DNA from: Eledone cirrhosa
Lineage: Eukaryota
NCBI GenBank assembly: GCA_964016885.1
Contig: OZ024740.1
Location: forward strand, 36,270,001 to 36,334,000
DNA: 64,000 nt
Direction of reading: 5' to 3'
The translations under genes were made by a program, and so were the position numbers. Shown here one piece after another: positions 56,154-64,000 of this stretch. The notes under the pieces were generated by a model. The model had not been told where the DNA came from. It was given only the letters and a program-made list of their open reading frames with translations, and ran no database searches. The stretch's first letter is position 1. Each line of letters begins with the position of its first letter.

Positions 56154-57752
56154 CAATTACTACCCCATTAGTTTTCTTCTCAGCACGTGTCACTGAATAA
56201 AACTTCGACATCTAAAACATTCTTAACTTTGTTTCACCTCTAATTTTTGTGAATGTGGACGTGTGTGGTTTCGGTCTACGTATGTATGAACATTCAATCG
56301 TTTGGATACGTACGGCTTAAGTAGGCACATCACCTCACCTATTCCTGTAATATAGTAGCCATCTTTATTCCGAACCATTCGTTTTTCAAGTCAATTTATT
56401 GACCACAGTCACCTCACATCTACCCTGCCTACTCTCGTCAGTTTATGTTTATTATCTTTATCCCATCTAATAAACTAAGTAGGTGTTCCGTTTTATACTT
56501 CAACGTCTTGCTCCTTCACATTCCTCACACACACCGAAAGTGGTCTAGTTGTACCGATAGCAAATACTGCATAAAGACCTGGGTAAAGTTACTTTCCTTT
56601 ATCAACTGGTGCCGTTTTTACTCAAGATGACCATCGTAATATCACTGCACGCCTTCCTGCATTTCACCACTTATTCTGTATATTGACCACCTAAGTGTTG
56701 ACATTAACAACTCACTTCTTTATAAACGACACTATTGTTTATTTATTATTTTTTTACACAGATGCCATCAATGGCGAAATGATGATTGAGTACCTTTCAA
56801 CAAGTATCTGGCTCCAAGATACGATCATTATACATATCAAGGAAACAGCATCAGCTTTCATATTCTCTAAACATCGACAACCTAACTAAAAGTTTACTTA
56901 ATTGTAATGTACAGATGAAAAGCAGTTAAAGTCATTTCCGTTCTGTGTTGTATTTAATCCATTTGAGAATGCTATGAATTTCACAATATGTTATCTTGCT
57001 CCTTTAGTAAACACGAGGCCTTGCTAAATCAATATCTGTAATATGAAGACATTAGCGATATCTTTCAGCGGTTTGACTCTATAAAGAAACTGCTTATGGT
57101 AAACTACAATACAAATGATATTGAACACCAAGTTAACTTTTGACAATAAATAAAAAGTTTCTGGTCGAATGATCCAGCGACAATCCAAATACGTCAACAT
57201 GTTAAACACGGTTATCAATAGATATCATAAAATATAGCATGACATTTTCCCCGAGAAATGTTTTAATGTAATGTCACAAGATTTCAGAATGTATTCTATT
57301 TATTTTCAGGCGAAAGTTCATCACCAGAAAGGTTTTCGTCTGATTAGATTACTATGTTGTTGCGGAAGTGTCTTTTACAGTCTTCGATTTCTCAATTAAT
57401 TTAATTTTCCAAACAATCGAAGCACCTGTTATGGTTCAGTCGATTACACTTAACGATAAATCCGCTACATCTATTTCTTAACTTTGAAAAGGTATTTATG
57501 GTAGATTGATGTCATAAATGTCATCATGGACACGAGAAAAGTTTTCTCAAGTGTATCAATGTCAAACAATTTACTACTAACTTTTCTTCATCTTTCGAAT
57601 GAAACAGTTATAGGCCTGTAGAAGCCATTTCTATATTAAATTTTGTTGTACTCACTCTACTAATGTATTGAGTACCTTACTGTGGTTAATCCCGATTGAA
57701 CCTGGGACTCATATATATAGAGAGATAGAGATAGATAGATATATGTACACAT

Positions 57753-57785
<33 letters not shown>

Positions 57786-57853
57786 CACACACACACACCT
57801 ACACACCTATACATACATACATACATACATACATACATACATACATACATACA

Positions 57854-57889
<36 letters not shown>

Positions 57890-58129
57890 TACATATATAT
57901 ATATATATAATAAAGTATTTACGTATCGAGAGAGAGAGAAAAGGGAAGGATAGGTGATACATGTAGTTATTTGCCAAATAGCGTATGCAAAAGGTGCTCA
58001 ATACTAGTGCCGGCAGTATTAAATATTAGAAGTGTTAATATTTAGTGGGCGAGAGAGTTAGCAGAGCGTAAGCACGTGGAAAAGTAAGAAATCGGAGAAC
58101 AGACCGTTAAAACATGTTTATTTAAAACA

Positions 58130-58169
58130 GCACCTACGTACGTTTCGCCCAGTTGGGCTTGTCAAGGGC
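58130..58169 (-). ncRNA. Minimal hammerhead, U3-A8 core
   Basis: GCCC-UUGACAA-GCCC(AACU)GGGC-GAA-ACGUACGU-A-GGUGC, with AAUAAA downstream. Confidence 0.8.
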
Positions 58170-59390
58170 ATAAATAACGAACGTTATAGTAAGCCATACC
58201 TATAACCGATCACGCGGCGACTTCTTAATAGGAACAATATAAAAATATCCTTCTCTACTACTCCTAACCTAGCAGACATCATAGGAACAACGAACCACAG
58301 TAAGATCACCAAGACACAGCACCTTAGCACGGACGCACCTACACCTGACAATAACTATATCGGCCTTAACAACTCCCTAGCAGCATCCAATAGTGCTGGC
58401 AACGGCCTGTACAGACGCAACCAGCATAACCGCGACATGACTGGGGAACATGCAGGACATGACCTGCGGAATAATAATCGTACCACCCCGTGCACTGTGG
58501 GTTGTAATGGTGCTAACGACAGGTGCGGGAGCGTAGATAGCAACAATGATGGCCTAACGATGAGAAGTGGAAGGAACCGCGACAGAAATTGCAACTGCCG
58601 CGACAGAGGACGCTTCCCCCTTAGAGGAGACTGCTTGACTGATAGGGTTATATATAGATGCACTGTAACTAGCCACAATAGCGTTAAACATTATATAGGG
58701 GTTACCTCTGGTCCGTTCATAATTAGATTTCGAACACATCTCCACTCTTTCATAAATAAGAAATTAAGACACCCCACTTCGCTCGCGGACTACATCACAT
58801 CATTAAAAGACTTAAACATCAGCTTCTCCACACACTGGGATATTATCGGAAGGGCTGCACCGTACAACTTCAAGAGGAAGTGCGATCTTTGCCTCATGGA
58901 GCTCTACCACATCATAACTGCACCCCACGAGCTCATCAACAGCAGAGCTGAAACGACGATAGGTTGTACACATCGCTTAAAAATATCCTTCTTCAGATAG
59001 GTTAAGGATGAGGAGTGAAACCGTGTACCGGGTCTCCCTGCAACAAGCTTTAACACCCCGGCGGGCAGGCGCTGCAAAAAAAAAAACATCCAGGAAACTA
59101 ACCATGCATCCCAAACCCAGCCTCAAACGACCCAGGCGAGCAGGTGCGGATAAAAAAAATAAGCGTTGATTACCTGACCCTGTGCATATCGGCAATGGTA
59201 AGGTTGTAACCACATCTTGTAACGGATACAAATTTGTCCGGGAAAGACTGCCCTAACACCGGCCAGAGTTACCTCCCTTGACCTACTGCAAAATCAAAAC
59301 ACGCTTTTTTTGCGAAGAATGAATTATAACGTTAAACTTAATCCCCAAAACACTTTCCGAACAATGTAGGGAACATTTTTGGTTATTTAT

Positions 59391-59430
59391 GCCCTTGACA
59401 AGCCCAACTGGGCGAAACATACGTAAGTGG
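59391..59430 (+). ncRNA. Minimal hammerhead, U3-A8 core (mutated copy)
   Basis: gccc ttgacaa gcccaactgggc gaaacatacgta agtgg. Confidence 0.7.
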
Positions 59431-59818
59431 TGTTTTAAATAAACATGTTTTAACGGTCTGTTCTCCGATTTCTTACTTTTCCACGTATATATATATATAT
59501 ATATAGAGAGAGATATAGATATATATATATACACACACACACACATATATATACATATATTCACAAACATGCCCAGTCACACAGACACCCATATGTGTAA
59601 AAGAAATCATACAAACATACTATTGTGTTAGAATGAAAACATACAGTCTTTTAAAAAAATAATATAGATGGATCTGTTGGAGATGCGACAGGAGGAGTGA
59701 AAGTCAAACTGTTTCAAATAGAATCTGGCGGATGGTTAATAGATTGTCCGTAGTTGAAAGCTGACCACAGAAAGGTATATTCCGAAAGCAAGGATGTATG
59801 AACAAGTTGGATACGCAA

Positions 59819-59896
<78 letters not shown>

Positions 59897-60372
59897 ACGC
59901 GTGCGTTTTACGTTGTGTAAGATGTTATGTACTATTCCGTAGTACATACATGGGAAGGTCCCTACGTATGTGTGCGTTCAAATAATTGCTAATTTGTACA
60001 TGCAGAGTGGGCTCAAAAGTCGGTTCACATGTTCAGCAAATCGCCGGGCCGCCCCAGTGCACGGGTGGGTCTGACTCCCATTGTCTGTATGCACCATGCA
60101 CTCATTAAGCTCCTATCCGGGAAAACTCAGCGCAGAAAAAGTGCTATTTCGGTGGTGCCTGCAAGCCATGATGATCTCGGGCTTGAAGTTAACCAAATCA
60201 TGTTTTAATTTTACTATCTCCATGTCTTCCGCCACACAGAGTTTGCAACGGCCAGCGCCCACTGAATACGCGGCAGCGCGTTGCACTGTACTCCAGTACG
60301 TATCTTTACTGTAGGGTCGTATCCTTTTATTTTTTTTTAAGTACCCACTGCCTCCATATCACTACCATTTTT

Positions 60373-60561
60373 AGTGGATTGGCAGTATCGGTAGAGAGTC
60401 GGACGACGTGCTTTCCAGCATAGTTACGTCCCTTTACGGTCTGAATTCAAATCCCACCGAGGTTAACTTTGCCTTTCAAACTTACGGGGTCGATAAAATA
60501 AAGTACCAGTAATGTACTGGGTAATTGCTGGTCTTGTGCCAAAAGTAGAAACAATTATTAT
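60373..60561 (+). mobile_element. tRNA-derived SINE
   Basis: Same family. Confidence 0.85.
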
Positions 60562-61530
60562 TGCCATCACGACTACCTACAAAAAGGTGAATGAGATGGC
60601 ATTGACTGAGATCAATGTGGCCGGAAAATGTTAATTCTAACCACCCCAAAACATCACAGATAACTTAGTAAAAAGCGTGTCAATTAGAATCTCTGGCCTC
60701 TCGGCCAATAAAGATATCTTTAACGCCTCTGCCTCCTACTACAACGACGCCCTCGCCCGCAGCGGATTTAAAGAAAAGATCACCTACCTACAAACCACCC
60801 CCAAGACTACCTAGGAGGAATAGGCATAGGCATATTAGATGGTACACCCTTCCCCCTTCAATAGAGAGGTCACTACACCTATAGCTAGGACTTTCTTCAT
60901 TTTGCTGAACAGACACTTCCCCATACAACATAGGTACTACACTATCTTCAATAAGAACACAATAAGACTCTCCTACTCTACTACACCTAACCTAGCTAGG
61001 AATATAGCCAATCTCAACACTAAAAAAAATTAAATAAGCCTACTACCTCCGAGCCCAATCCCCGGACTGGAGCCTTTTGTAACTGCCAAAATAAGGAAGC
61101 CTGCCCACTTGAAAACAAATGCCTGACAAATGATATGTCATCAAATGTGATGTCATCTCAGGCACCGATAACGACAACAACAAAAAGACTTACATCAGCA
61201 TGACTTCCAATAATTTTAAGAACCGGTGGTGTGCCCATACCCACTCTTTCAGAAGACTGGACAAATCAAATCAGACAACACTCGCCTCCTATGTCTGGGA
61301 CGTCAAAAGGAAATCCAGTCCCTTCGCGCTCAAATGGAAAATACTCCAGAAAGCGCGCTCATACAAGGGAGGACACAAGTGCTGCGACCTTTGTATTTCA
61401 GAGAGCTATGAAATATTATTTGCCAAGGGCCCGCTACTGAAGAAACTCTCTGAACACTGCCCGAATTGCATGCACAAAAACTTTGCAACTTTCAAATACC
61501 TTAAGCCAGTGTTAAATGCCAGATGGCTAA
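60562..61530 (+). pseudogene. Hydra-like PLE 3' fragment
   Basis: Paralog of 24813-25730; CNCQNKEACPLENKCL, CCDLC. Confidence 0.85.
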
Positions 61531-61766
61531 AAATGATTTTCTTTTTTAAAAAAAAACCCACTCGACAAAATACCCCCTCCACCTCCTTCCCACCATACCA
61601 GTACCCACTCTCGACGGTACTATGGTTATGTAAGTACTTCTTACCTATCTGCTTTTTCCACATGTAGAGCGTACTTTATTTTTATACATTTATGTGTGTG
61701 TATATGTATATATATATATATGATAAAGAACACAAGAGCGTCTACAACATCAAAAGATTTTTATTG

Positions 61767-61811
61767 GCTTACAATGTTTCTTCCTTACGTAACCGTAGGA
61801 TTCGTCAGAGC
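61767..61811 (-). ncRNA. Minimal type I hammerhead
   Basis: GCU-CUGACGA-AUCCUACG(GUUA)CGUAAGGAA-GAAACAUUGUA-AGC then CAAUAAAA; same stem III as 23743. Confidence 0.75.
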
Positions 61812-62459
61812 TATAAAAGGGGTTTGATTAGTGTTATGGACTCTACCAACCAAACATTCAAGAGTAAAGAGAGTAAAGAGCAAAAGTAGGGGACGATAAG
61901 TCTAATTTTGGTGCGGGAGGGTGGGGTGTGGGTCCTTGTTTACTAGCTGCGGTCATATTCATTCCCGGGAGTCGAGTGGTTAGCTGAACCATAGATGGGG
62001 TGGCGTCGATAGTAGGGTGCAGAGGGTGTGCAGAGGCTACACACACACAAAGGACATACAATATATATATAACGGAGGAGAAAGTACATGAGGTAATTAG
62101 AAATGGAAAAAGAGTAATAATCTATAATTAATAATGTATAATAAGGCATGGGGAAGATTACACTATAATAAGGTATAAAAGTAAGAATAAGATAAAAGTG
62201 AAAATAAGAATAAAGATAAAAAATATATATATTAAAAAAATATATAGAGAATATATAAAGAAATATAAGCAAGTATTTGAAGGGGAAAACACAATGTAAA
62301 AAAACCGATTTTTTCAAATAAAAATATTATAATTAACGGGATAGAGAAATATGATCAAATGTGATTAGTTGAGAGAATATAAGATGATAATAGTTTTGTC
62401 AAGTTTATACATCTTAATAATAAATAATCTGTATATCAGAGTTACAGAACCTTCAATTC

Positions 62460-62900
62460 ACTTACAGGTTCAAGCCACGTAGCATAGTCCATTGTTTATC
62501 TGTGCGGTCATGTGCGCCTGTTTTTGACACCACAGCAGATGCACAAGTTCGTAAATTCCAATGCAGATAGAAATCTATTTTTGCTCACCCAGTCATTGAC
62601 GGAAGATCCAATATTCCTAGTTCAATATGTGTGTGGTGTTATTTTGGTCGCACAAATCAATCACTTGGTTCAATATTATGGAGTGTGGTTTTCTGGTCTT
62701 CGTAACAGTGTCAGTGGTTGTATATCTCGAAATCACAAGGATCACAGTACTCCGGTTCGGTGTGATTATCGGTCATCCAACTATATTGTCGGTGGTTGGA
62801 TTCAATTCTATTGCCCCGAACGTAGAACTTTGGTGTCGATTGAACATTAACGAGGCAGAGTGAGATCGCATCTGTGGTACAAAACGATACGCAAGGAAAT
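62460..62900 (-). pseudogene. Highly degenerate LINE APE endonuclease remnant (RTE-like)
   Basis: VILVISRYTT..LNQVI..LEFTNLCI..ATW resembles APE motif order. Confidence 0.3.
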
Positions 62901-63439
62901 TCTTCGTCTTCGTTTCATCCGGGTCCAGCAGTCACGTGCAAGAACCGCTACGTAGTAATTGTGATGGTAATCGGTCAAGATAGTAACTGTCCGGAGATTC
63001 TCTTAGGAATTCAGACAAGCATGACAGGTACATTTAGGTCAGCAGTTTCTTTATGTGTACGTGTGTCCGATACACACAGACACATATTTATATGTATTTC
63101 AACTCAAAAAATTCAATTGATTCGCTTATTGATATTATATCTCTGTTGCTCCGATGTGCATGTTGTGGTGTTCTGGTCGTGTTTGGCATTCACTGTGTTT
63201 TGCCATTACCTTGGAATGTGATGTTATGGTCATCAATAGACCGGCAAGCGCATACCTCTCTTATATTGTGGAGGATGGTGTTCTGGTCCTCAGCAAACAT
63301 TTGGGTCAGCAGGAGGGGTGGTGGTTCTCAGTTTCAACTTCGACAATACATATGTGTTACTCTACATATCGTGCTCCTCTCAAAGAAGAGTATTATAGGA
63401 AGAATTCATGCCAAACACCACATATAGAGAAGACTTCTA

Positions 63440-63734
63440 CGGAAAATACATATACACATATATACACACATCATACACACACACATACACATACACAAAC
63501 ATACACATACATACATATATACACATACATATCACATATACACATACACACAATATAATACACATGCATACAATATACATATATATATACATATATACAA
63601 TATACATGTATACAATGCACGCACATATGCATGCATGCGTGCACACACGTACGCACACACATATACATATGTTTGTGTGTGTGTGTGTGAGAGAGAAAAG
63701 GAGAATACACATACACACACACACACATACACAG

Positions 63735-63781
<47 letters not shown>

Positions 63782-63867
63782 TGTACGTACGTATGTATAT
63801 GTATGTGTGGATGTCTGTACATATTTCTGTACGCGTATGTTTATATATATATGTATATATGTGTGAA

Positions 63868-63921
<54 letters not shown>

Positions 63922-63949
63922 TCTATGTATGTATGTGTACACGTGTATA

Positions 63950-64000
<51 letters not shown>
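63440..64000. repeat. Complex TA/CA/TG microsatellite
   Basis: Directly visible. Confidence 0.95.

Larger units (their letters stand above)
57920..59487 (+). mobile_element. 5'-truncated Hydra-like PLE (GIY-YIG 58437-59000) with inverted 5' pLTR
   Basis: CNCRDR..PLRGDCL, VIYRC..YIGVT, CDLC; inverted repeat 58074-58178 / 59384-59487. Confidence 0.85.

Noticed and set aside
54837-56156. HSIPPIP / GIGGIEW repeat proteins, or a CRISPR-like array
   Set aside because: It is a pure tandem minisatellite with frame-shifting 20/21-bp units, no unique spacers and no cas genes.

Overview
Eukaryotic, AT-rich, microsatellite-saturated DNA with no supportable host gene. The (TA)n/(CA)n load and the SINE family suggest an octopus-like cephalopod, which is an inference. 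The window is dominated by Penelope-like retroelements (PLEs; RT plus C-terminal GIY-YIG endonuclease) of at least three lineages, nearly all inserted into (TA)n tracts. These include a tandem-plus-inverted 8.6-kb locus (4840-13445), a Neptune-like fragment and six Hydra-clade-like copies. Also present are an L1/Tx1 LINE, a CR1 LINE, many tRNA-derived SINEs, Helitron-like elements and two minisatellites. Folding by hand on both strands reveals about 25 complete and several half type-I hammerhead-ribozyme motifs. They sit in PLE pseudo-LTRs and in short non-coding, often fold-back, elements between TA tracts. Many are atypical in recurrent ways: U3-A8 (UUGANAA) cores in several unrelated families, non-Watson-Crick 10.1/11.1 positions, stem II insertions of about 100 nt, palindromic stem III, and an adjacent AAUAAA. 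All folds are manual predictions, and activity is untested.
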